A stretch of DNA of 64,000 nt from contig NC_086374.1 in the NCBI RefSeq assembly GCF_036588685.1, forward strand, positions 2,046,001-2,110,000, given 5' to 3'. The position numbers and the translations under genes are program-made. Positions 36,118 to 48,100 of this stretch are shown here, one piece after another. The notes beneath the pieces are model-generated. The model did no database searches, had not been told where the DNA came from, and saw only the letters and a list, made by a program, of their open reading frames with translations. The first letter of the stretch is position 1, and every line of letters starts with the position of its first letter. This DNA is from Mytilus trossulus (lineage: Eukaryota).

Positions 36118-39100
36118 TCATACGTGTGCTACTCTGGAATAATAAAAAAAGCTACTGTTTATATTTGTCCATCTTTCACTTAGTGTATCCGTGCTATGCT
36201 TATGCTTTTGAGGTTTATTAATTTCACTTTGTATTGGGGAGCATGAAACTTTGAAACACTGTATTTACTACTCCGTTGACCGTTAAGTTTATATATTTAC
36301 ATGGAGCATGTAAAAAACTAGGGGAAAGATATCTGAACGCTTAGTACCATTTTTTTCATTTACGAAGATAGTTGCGAATGATAAGTTGTCTTTTACTATT
36401 GCAAAATACATATTTAGGGTACTGCGATCATGAGACTTATTACTGGATTTGAACTAACATGAACAACACGAGAGGTGCCTCGCGTGGTGTAAGATTTGCA
36501 TACACTGTGGTACACACAGTTGTTGGCGAGTTTCGTGTCACGCAGTATTTAGTTTTCTATGTTGTGTTTTGTACACGGCTATTTTGTTTTATTGTGGAAG
36601 GTATTTCTATAGTGGCATTTTTTTGGTTTTTTTTCCATGACGTATTCAGATTGTTTTTGACATGCGTCTTTGTTATCTTTCGCCTCTCTTACTTACTAAC
36701 AATTTATTTATTCATTGGTGTCTTTGTAATGCACATTGTATTGTTTATAATGTACAGTAAATACATCTTATGACTTTTATCCTAACTTACGTTATTTCAA
36801 TTGCACATTCTGAATAAATTGCCAAAGAAAAATCGTTTTCGTCCTCTTCACTATTACAGTGAATAAGTAGTAGATATGTTCCCGCTTTTACTGTGTAACA
36901 TGTGTCTACAGAAGTTCCGAATTGGAAAGGGCCATCACCACCCTCACTGTCTCTCAGAGCATTGCCATAGTTGTCATTCAGCCAGTCGTAATTTGCCGGG
37001 AAACCCATACCTCGATGAGCCTGTAAATGTATGTACGTATCTCTTTTTAAAGACGGAAGACATTTTTCACCTTTTAAATCTTAAACACAGTTTTCTGATA
37101 CTTTTCTTTGTGCAATATACTTGACATTGCTGATGTCAACTTATATAAAAGCTTTCTATATGATATGATAATTTCCTCTATACTGCATCTAATTTTTAAT
37201 GTGTTGATCGCATGTAGTGTTTTCCATGCTTTATGTATATTTGGCAATCCAAATGTCCGATATCATTTTTCCTAAATAATAAAACATATATCTTTACTTC
37301 AAGCAATTCAATAGATTCACTTACTTCAAATAATTTGATACCAAGTGCAAATCCATCTTCTCTTTCTGGTTGCATAACTTCAACTCTAAATGTTTGTTCT
37401 GAAATAGTTTGAGATTAACATTAATGATTAACGAAAACGTGTTCATCATTTGGTCTTTATCAATAAAATATGTCATCGCTTCCCATAATTTCATTGACAT
37501 TTTATTTAGGAAACAAAGCCCTGGTAAATCGAAACACGCGTCTAGCAGACTACATTAAAGGGATGTTATCTCCTTGCTTAACTATATTCTTGCGTTTCTA
37601 ATTATAATCAAACTGTTTCACTTGTTATGTATTCATGCTTGATACTTGAAGCAGTTTGTTGGACTATTTGTTAAGTATACATACATATGTACAGGTTTTT
37701 CTTAATTCTAAGTAATTGTCGTTTAGCGCTATAAAACCAGGTTCAATCCACTATTTTCTACATTTGAAAATGCCTGTACCAAGTAAGGAATATGACAGTT
37801 GTTATCCATTCGTTTGATGTGTTTTATTCTTTGAATTTGCCATTTCCGTTTTGAATTTTTCTCGTAGTTCAGTAATTTTGTGATTTTACTTTTTTCGCTC
37901 ACTATCTGTTCTTACCGTCATGAACTTTCAGTTGATACTGGGGGTTATTTGCTACCATTCGCCCACTATTTCATTAATATCTGTTCTTACCGTCATGAAC
38001 TTTCAGTTGATACTGGGGATTATTTGAAAACTCGTCACTTGCTATGGTTCCACCAGCATTTACACCTCTTTTAAATGCACCAAAAGAACATTTGGTACAT
38101 TCTGAAAAGTAAATTTCTTAAATGAATTTCGTATGAAACAACAAGAATACACTTTAAGCAAACATAGAAAAGTTGTCTAATGATTATTCGCTGATTTTGA
38201 ATATATTGGCTATAAGCATTTCATTGTTGTTTTGTTTCAAAGTCTTTGTTCACCTGTTTAATTTTTTTCATTTCGGCCTGTATACAATGTTGCCTGTATG
38301 GCAAAGTTTCAACACAGAATTTGTTTATTTTGTTTGTATGAATCCATTAAAAAGACTTCAAAACTTAACGTACTACTCGCCTTTTAAAATACTATATTGA
38401 TTTGTGCTTTGTATGCAAAGGCAGAAACCAACTATTGTTTGATGGTAACGTTTAAACACTTATAATAATACGTTTTATAAATGATTTTTAAAAAATCAAC
38501 CGTTTTTTTTACAACTGTCAAGCGACAAGTGAGAGGCTCAGCTAGCTATAAACAAGGTTTAATCCATCAGTCTACAAAAGAAAATGCATAAACAAAGTCA
38601 GGAATATGACAGTTGTTGTCCATTCGTTTGATATGTGTGAGCTTTTGATTTTGCCCTTTCAAGAGGGACTTTTCGTTTTGAACTTTCCTCGGAGTTCAGT
38701 ATTTTTGTGATTTTACTTTTAATTATACTGTCTGTCCGAATTATAAAAGAGAGGCGAAATATACCAAAGGGATCAGAAGGACCAGAGGTTGAAAATAAAC
38801 TGACAACGCGATGGATAAATACACAATTTCTTTCATTTAATCTTTACATAGTTTATTCAGTAAATAACTTAAATGGATGAGATATCAGGCTACATGCTTT
38901 CTTTAACGTGAATTTAGTTTTTGTGAGGAGAAAGTTACATGTACCTCACATAATGTCAGTATATGTGAGTCTAATGATCACTATAACATGAAACATGAAA
39001 ACTTAATTAAACGCCTATTTCTACATATACAATATGTATTCAATGGCGTTGTACATAAATGACATATAAAATACAAAAATACTAAACAAAAATACAATAT

Positions 39101-42100
39101 GTATGTACAATACCAAAAATTGAAAATTTATACTGTGATACACAAGAAAAAAGTCAGAAAAGTTCAAAATAATTTTGGAAATACAATGCTTTCAACCGAC
39201 ATTTAAAAATATCCAAAGATTCAGAGTTTCTTACATTTGTACCTAGTTCATTCTACAATTTTGGCCCAATAGTACTAAAACTTCTATCTGAAAAAGTTTT
39301 CTTTTTGTTATATGGGACTGCATAACAACCAATAGATGACTCTGACGACCTTAATGAACGTTTCGACACTTGAGGATTTAACAAATTGATCAAATATGAC
39401 GGTGCATTACCTACATGACAGTTGTACATATATGTTAAGATTTTAAATGTACTTCTGGCTTTGATCGGAAGCCAGTGTAAGTCAAACAGTGCCTGCTTGG
39501 CACTGCTTGGCCTGCTTATAACGTTATTATGTTATGCGTGAATACAAAAGTTAGGTCGTGTGAGTGCAAAACTACTATTAGTATATTTTAGCATAGCATT
39601 TGTGAGTAAAATGTTATTTTACCATGATTGTAGTACTTGCGAGTACAAAACTTACTAAAACTTGAATTTTCAGCAGGTTTGTCGCCATTTCTTCCCCTTC
39701 CTGTCATCACAGTAATGTTGTCTACTTCACTGAAATTTAATGATTGCTTTAATAAATAGAATGACAGATATGATATGAAACAAAGAAAAATGGTAAGATT
39801 CCTAATAAGACAACTATGCAAAGCGAGTAGAAATGATGAATCTTTTAAAGAACTATTGTCACCATTAACATAACAGGTAAACTGATAAAAAGTGAAAACT
39901 ATACTTAATGAATTTCACAGGTTCGAATCGCTTTTCTTGATTAACTGTAATTAAGAACACTTAAATTCAGAACTATGACAGCCACTGATATGGTTTTTTT
40001 TAAAAGAACCGAAATAGTTGAATAGCTATATGACCGAAAAGAACATAAAGTAATAAACAAATAATTTGTGAACAGTTTGTTAGAAATCATATCAGTACAG
40101 AAGCCATGACTACTAAATTGATGATATTGTCAAGGACAGATAGTCCACCAGCAGCGGTATCGACCCAGTGCTTTCAAAAAAATTAAACGCAAAGAAATTT
40201 CATATGATTAAAAATATAACATGACAGATAAGATTTAAATATCATTTAAATTCAATGATAGTTCTAATTAGTTATCAACGGTACCAGCATTTTAATTTAA
40301 TACGCCAGACGCGCGTTTCGTCTACATAAGACTCATCAGTGACGCTTAGTAGTTATAAAGCACAGGCACTTGTCTCAGAAAAAAAATTACCTCTATACCT
40401 TAATGTTATATTAAGGTATAGAGGTAATTTTTTTTCTGAGACAAGTGCCTGTGTTATAAAGCCAAATAAGTACGAAGTTGAAGAGGATTGAGGACTAACC
40501 AATAACATTACAGATAGGGTATCAATTTCAATTTCATTTTGAAAAAAAACCGGATTAGCACAAGCAAAACACTTTTTAATAAGGTAGACACATTTTTATC
40601 TATTTAACATACATTCAAAACGATGGAACGAAGATAGCGTTGATAAAACAACTTACAAGCCAAAACTTTAAAGTGTGTCAATTTAAATATGACGAAATCT
40701 GGTCTAGTTATTGAAAGGGAGGGGACGGGGTGGTGTTAACATAAGACTGGTTTGTTGAACTCATAAAGTCTTTACCTACTAATCATAGCAATAGTTATTT
40801 TTCTTTGTTTGGTCATATTTTCTGTCAACGAAATCGCGTGTTTGTGGTCGGCTAGACATGAGAAAAGCAGATATGAAACCCAGAGTAAAGACAGTACTAA
40901 CAGGAGAAGATCTCAGTGTATAGAAAATTGTCTTGTACAGTGTTGTGATGAGAAAAGCAACACATATATCTTATTGTACTATTGTACAATAGTCAATAAC
41001 TAGGGAAGAGCCACATGTCTTCATTATTTTGCAAGCGTCACATACAGGAAAAGAGCCATACAGATACTTTATAGTATGGACAGCATGCCCATGTGAAGAA
41101 CTCATGAATACAAGATACATTATAATACACACGTTTCTGACAGGAGAAAAGCCACACATATACTTTATCATACAAACATCACCGACAGGAGGAGAAGAGC
41201 CACAAAGATACGTTATAGTATGGACAGCATTTTAATTAGACATGTCACACATTTACAGTATTATTCAAACCTCATTGACAGAACAGTCACAAAAATACTT
41301 TATTGTATCAACTGCATTGTCATGAAAAGAGACACACATATACTAGTACCTTATTACAAAAACATGTACGCCAAGAGAAAAGCTGCAAAGATAACTTTTT
41401 GAATAGAAAGCAATGACATGAGTCAGTCCAAAAAGAGGGACGAAAGATACCAAAGGGACAGTCAAACTCATAAATCGAAAATAAACTGAAAAGGCCAAAA
41501 ATGAAAAAAGACATGCAGACACACAATAGTACACATGACACAGAAAGTTACTTTATTGCAAGGGGATCATTACCAGGAAAACAGTATGTAAGATGCCACA
41601 CTGTATAGACAGCGATTGCTGATATTGATCAAGGAAGACATCTTATTGTACAAAGAAGATAGGTGAATATATATATAGTTTTAAAAATTGTAACTAAGAG
41701 CAGGCATAATAACTTTTTTTGCTTTGATTATTATATTCTAATTTGAAACCTACTGAGGATTTGACACAGGAGCAGCGGAAAAAAATCTGATGAGGAACTC
41801 TTTTTCATATCCAGCTTCCAATGTCGCGGGTATAGCAATATATGAACCTGGTTCAACAAGGAATCTGTATGTATTTTGTACATTGCCCATGTATATGTTA
41901 GACTTGTCACCTAACAGTTCCAGGGAAACACAATGGTCGTTTTTGCCGAGAAGCTAAAATATAGAAAAAACTTCCGAGGTCTTATACATTATTGGTATAC
42001 ATTTACCTTTACATAAACTTTTACTGAGAAGTTACCAAATAGCTTCACTAGATATATAATCACACAGTCATGTCCAATCTGATAATAGCCATTTATGAGA

Positions 42101-45100
42101 GAATTTAGTGCTATGATAGTCAACTGCCATCAAATTATTGAAAAAAATAAATAAAGAAAGAGCATTTGTTATGGACTTCTATTTTTTTGGCTGATGCATT
42201 TAAAGTTTAGTACATGTTATGTTATGTTCTTTTCGTCTTATCACACTGGGTAAGTAAATAAGTACACAATTATACTCTCCCAATCCCTTTTCAAGATAAT
42301 CACCTACCAAATTTTACTATGAGCAACACGATGGGTTTCATATGTGGAGCAGGATCTGCTTTCCCTTCCGGAGCTCCTGCCATTACCCCCAGTGGCGGGT
42401 TCGTGTAGTTACGTCTTTAGTTTACTATGTTGTGTGTTTGTGCCTATAATGTTTCTGCTTTTATGTTTTTATTTTTCTTATTAAGCCATGACTTTGTAAG
42501 TTTATTTTCGATCTATGAGTTTGGCTGTCCCTCTGGTATATTTCGCCCCTCTCTTTTCTAGCGTAGTTTACATTATGATCTACACTTAACACTTTATATA
42601 AATTGATGACATACAAAGACACATACCTTGAATAGATCGCATCTGACTTCAGTAATGTCATTCCTACTCTCCAATGTTCTTTGTACTATCTGAACAACAA
42701 GGGCAACTTTACCTTCATCGTCCATTGCTACAGATTCAAATACATATACAAATAGTTATCAAAAGTACCAGGATTATAATTTAGTACGCAGGACGCGCGT
42801 TTTGTCTACATAAGACTCATCAATGACGCTCATATCTAAATAGCTATAAAGCCAAACAAGTACAAAATTGAAAAGCATTGAGGGTCCAAAATTCCAAATA
42901 AATTGTGCTAAATACGGCTAAGGTAATATATGCATGAGACAAGAAAAATCATTAGTTTTTCGAAAAAATCTAGTTTCATGTCAACATCGAAGCCTGACTA
43001 CGGGACTGGTGATACCATCGGGGACGACACGTCCACCAGCAGTGGCATCGACCCAGTGGTGTAAATAGTAATCAAAATTACCAGGATTATAATTTAGAAC
43101 GCCAGACGCGCGTTTCGTCTACATAAGACTCATCAGAACTTAACACTAAAAATTATATTGCAGCTTTTTTGCTGAACACAGAATAAAGAAATAATATATG
43201 TAGATATTTTTACGACTTCAGGATGCAGCCAACAATCTGTTTTACTGAATATGTTCATTTTGTTAATTTATATAAAAGATATATTTTTGAAAAACGATGG
43301 CTTTTCTTCCTCAGGAATAGATTACCATAGCTGTATTTTGCAACAGTTTAGGAATTTTAGTCCTTAATGCTCTTCAACTTCGTTCTTTATTTGGCTTTTT
43401 CTAACTTTGTAGGATTCGAGCGTCACTAATGAGTTTTTTTATAGACGAAACGCGCGTCTGGCGTAAATACACAATTTCATCCTTGTATCTATGATGAGTG
43501 TATTTCAATCGTCTTCACATTTCTTTTTCTAGCATCATTATTTTAAGGCGTATAGGTAAACACTGCTGCAGTGGTTGAAATGTTTAAAACGAAAACATAC
43601 CTTTATCGCCGAGTGTAACACTGTAACATGGATTCTTTGTTCGTTGTTCGAATCCACCATTCTTTCCATCACGCCAGTTTCCATATATACATGTAACGTA
43701 GTCTGAAAAATAAAAGAAGTTGCCAATTACAAATATTTTTATTACAGTCACTGATATCCAATTTTGAACAGCGGTATACTTCTGTCGCCTTTATTTACTA
43801 AATACTTTAAAAAAACACTTTTGAACCTTATACAGGGGTGTGAAGTATGGCTGTATCGACCAAAACATTACTTAATATATGACAATACACAAATTCAGAG
43901 TTGCTTTTAAAGCTTTTTGACGGAACAGAATTCAAAGGAACGAAAAACAAACGATTTTTTCACCAAGCCATATGATTAGTGTAGCGTCTGCAAACCCTTT
44001 TTTAATCAGAATAAATTTTATCTACACCCCCTTTTATTTTATCATACTTTATAAAGTATTTGTAATTATAATGAAGGTGTATGTAATGAAATCTTGACTA
44101 CTTTCAAAAGTCCCATGCCATATTGATATCAATTTCCTTTGATTGTTGTGCGCTTAGAACCGTTGTTTTATCAAGTCCCATTTTTAGTGCACTAGTATTC
44201 GTTTCACTTATTTTATGAGTGTACATTGTAAATTTTTGAATTTGCAAATTCTCTGTGTAAGGGTCATTTATTTTATGCTGACTAGTGATTTAGTGTACAA
44301 GAATAGTTATACTTGCGTTTTCTTACTTAACATATCAGGAAATCCATCTCTGTCGAAATCCGGTGTTAGATTACAAATGGTACAATCATCAAAGTATCGC
44401 AGAAAATCATTTATATCCATATAAAACTCTCCGTCGTCTTTTGAAGGGTGTGGGACACAGTCTGATGGGGCAGTTTTCCATTTAGGACTCCTAACAAAAT
44501 TGTTATATATTCAGTTAGATTAATACAGTCCCTCTATTCTTAAGATCGTATAGTATTTCGCACAGTTTAATAGAATTTTATACATTGTATCACATTTCAC
44601 CATCAAAATCAACAGAGATACATTCAACAACGCTTAAAAACAAAATTAAATTAATTATTATTAAATAGTGTCTGGCTGGCTGTATCTGTTTTGTAAGAGT
44701 TCAATTTGTGAAAGAATTTATTTTTATCGGTAGCCTAGAATTATGGTTCCTTCTTTACGCGTTGTAAAGGTTTTAGTGCACAATACAATTCTTTGAAAGA
44801 TTCGCAACACCAAACATCTAGAGGCCACTCATCTAGACAAACATGTGAGCTTGAATTCTCGAGATTCCCGAATGATATTATGACTTCAATATGTACGAAT
44901 ATATGGGGAGAAAACGAGCGAATGAGGTGCGTCCCTTGAAAACATGAACAAGTATTTTGTATAATCAATCGAAAGGAATCTAGAGACCATCATATTCGAA
45001 CTGTCCTTTATAATAAATGCGTTGTTTATGTCACCAGATAGAAAATTAAATACCTATCACTCCATGGGCCGTTCCATTCACCGTTGCCCCAGGGATTTCT

Positions 45101-48100
45101 TAATCTTAATAACTTGGCTTCACCTACCTACAAATTAAAAAAAAAGTTACCATTTAATTTTTTTTATCATTAATATTTTTTTTATAGTTTCATTGATTGT
45201 TTTTATTGTTTAATCTTGAAAATATCAGAGACCTTTGAACAAAAATCACTTTAATGTAAAAATAAAACAAAATTTGGAAATATTTTATCAGCTAATTAAT
45301 TTTACTTATAAATTTAGTTTGTATGTACAAAGTATCCACGATTCATGTTTACTAGTAGACCTTTTCAACATCTCTCGACACCTACAGTTGAGAGCGACTA
45401 CGACAGGTAAAATGTGAAGGGTCGTCTCAAAAATAAAAAAAATGGGATCATTATTGATTTTATTGCTTTCAATCATTGACAATGATAAAACTTTCCTACA
45501 GAGTCTGACAATCATGTTTTATTGTAGTTGATATTTGATTGAACAATGATTATGTCGGTTGACAAGGGCAGCACATGTCTGTTAGTTTTGGCCTTGGAAG
45601 CCTTCATTATGTAGTCAATACTTTGTATCATTTCAATTCACCAATTTGGTGTTCCACTTGAATTCTGTATTCACCAATCACTACTTAAATGTTGTAACAA
45701 TGAAACGAGGGGTCAATTATATTTTTTTCCAAAATTCATCAAGGAAAAATTTAAACTCGAACAAGATATCTTGAAGCAGAGAAGATAAAAAAAAAACCCA
45801 AAAAATGTGATAGTTTCCTTCGACCTAAAAAAAAAACCGGCAAATATTTGGCGAAGGACTCACATAATCACAAAAGTGAAGAGAAAATGGGTTAGGATCC
45901 AGAATGATTGGAATATTTGTTTAATCAATTCAACATGAAATGTCGTGCAAATACATACGAAATAAAAATATTATATGACAGAGACATATGTATGGTGGAC
46001 GGATGCGGACGTTTCCCCTTTTCGTGTTTTCGGGGAAATCCAGAAATCGAGAAAGCGAAATTGAGAAATTGAATAATCGGAAAATCGAGAAATTAAGAAA
46101 TTGGGAAATCGAGAAATAGAGAAAGCAAAAACGAAAAATCGAGATTTCATTTCGCGTTTTTGTGTTTTCTCTTTCTTGTTTTTGGCGTTTTTGCTTTCTT
46201 GATTTCTCGATTTCCCGATCTTATCTATTTCCGAATTTTTCGATTTCCCGATTTCTCGATTTCTCGATTTTGCTTACTCGATTTCTCGAATTCCCATTTT
46301 GCGTTTGCAAAATGAAAGGAGAAGTCACGAAAACGCTAAAAGGCGAAATAAATGGCCGCATCCGGCCACCATACATATATTTATTTATTTATTTGGTTGA
46401 TATATATTCTTAAACTATATAGTCAAAACAGTATAAAAGCGCCTATCCAATATGTTACGTAATGATAATCATGATGTTTTTTGTCTTTGAGACGACCCAT
46501 CCATTTTACCTGTAAACTGTAGGTGTCATTAGTCGGTGTCGAGAGATATTGAAAAGGTCTAATAGCTATTTAAAGATTTTTTTAAAATTGTAAAACCACA
46601 CTTCTTGAAATGCTGTATACTTAGTATTTGAGAACACCCCCAGTTTTTGGTGGTGTTCGTGTTCTTATTCTTTAGTTTTCTATGTTATGTTTATTTTACC
46701 ATTGTTTGTCTGCTTGTATTCTTTTTTGATAAGTCATTGCGTCATTTCTGACTCATAAATTTGAATGTCTCTCTGGTATCTTTCGCCTCATTTAAAGCAA
46801 ATAATTTAGATTGTACTTCTTAATATAGCAGTCTTATTGAAAAAAAACCAGGCTTCTTCGTTTTGCCTGTAAATGAAAATAAACTTACAATAAAAGCTCC
46901 GTTTATGGAATAAGCGTGACCTCCTACCAATCCACGTTTACCGTCGTTTTTATCCTAAAAAAATAAGAAAAATACCCAACCCCGAGTTAAATTTAATACA
47001 TTTGCAAAATCAAAAGCTGTCATATTCCTGACTTGGTGCAGGATTTTTTTAAAGTTGAAAATGTTGAATTGAACCTGGTATTATAGCTAGCTAAACCTCT
47101 CACTTATATCACGATATATGATCATATTTGTTAAAAAAAAATATATATATCAACTGAACTTACACTTAGTGAATGTGTCGGTGATTGATTGTTTTTCTCG
47201 TCAACTGTTTAGCTCACCTGGCCCAAAAAGCTAAGTGAGCTTTCTTTGGCGTCCTTCGTCGGTCGTTGTCGTCCGTCGTCGTCGTCGTCCTTAAATGAAC
47301 TTTTACAACAATCCTCTCTTTTTGAAACTACTGGGACAAATTTGAACAAACTTGTCAACAATCATCATTGGGCTATCTAGTTTAAAAATGTGTCCGATGA
47401 CACTTCCTGCCAATCAACATGACCGCCATGCCTAAATATATACATATAATACATCAATGTATCATGAAAGGCGCCTTTTATCAGCTATAGGCCACGTCCA
47501 TGTTCATTTAACATAGTAAGACAACCTAATCAATATCAATTTCAACAATCCTTCCAGGAAAAATCTTACCCTATATATTAATTTGTGTGTGTCATAGAGT
47601 TTTTTTTATCATTGGGATGATACTCATATCTTCCATTATTTACAGGTTAGACCTTTTGAAATCGATTAAGATCTTTCTTTGATGTAATCAAGGATTATGA
47701 ATTTAAAAAAGAACTTAATTGTTTAACATTGTCTTATCGGGGCTTTTTATAGCTGACTATGCGGTATGGGCTTTGCTCATTGTTGAAGGCCGTACGGTGA
47801 CCTATAGTTGTTAATGTTTGTGTCATTTTGGTCTTTTGTGGATAGTTGTCTCATTAGCAATCATACCACATCTTCTTTTTTATATTTAATAATAAACACA
47901 TCACAGTCAAATGTTTTAAAACTAATTCTTTTCTGAGATATTCTATGTTTAATTTCCATACCGGGCAATTACATCCAACCATAGTAGTAGGACACTGAAA
48001 GGCATTATGTAACCTTTGGAACAATCGTTTTGGGGAAATCTTTTCCTCCGTGAAGTCGATCCTCTCCGCAACTCCTCCTGTTAAGTTCAAGTAGGAATCC

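Noticed and set aside
41029-41235. TGEKPH / HTGKEPY resembling C2H2 zinc-finger linkers
   Set aside because: No CxxC...HxxxH spacing and the period is about 47 bp, not 84; a degenerate intronic minisatellite.
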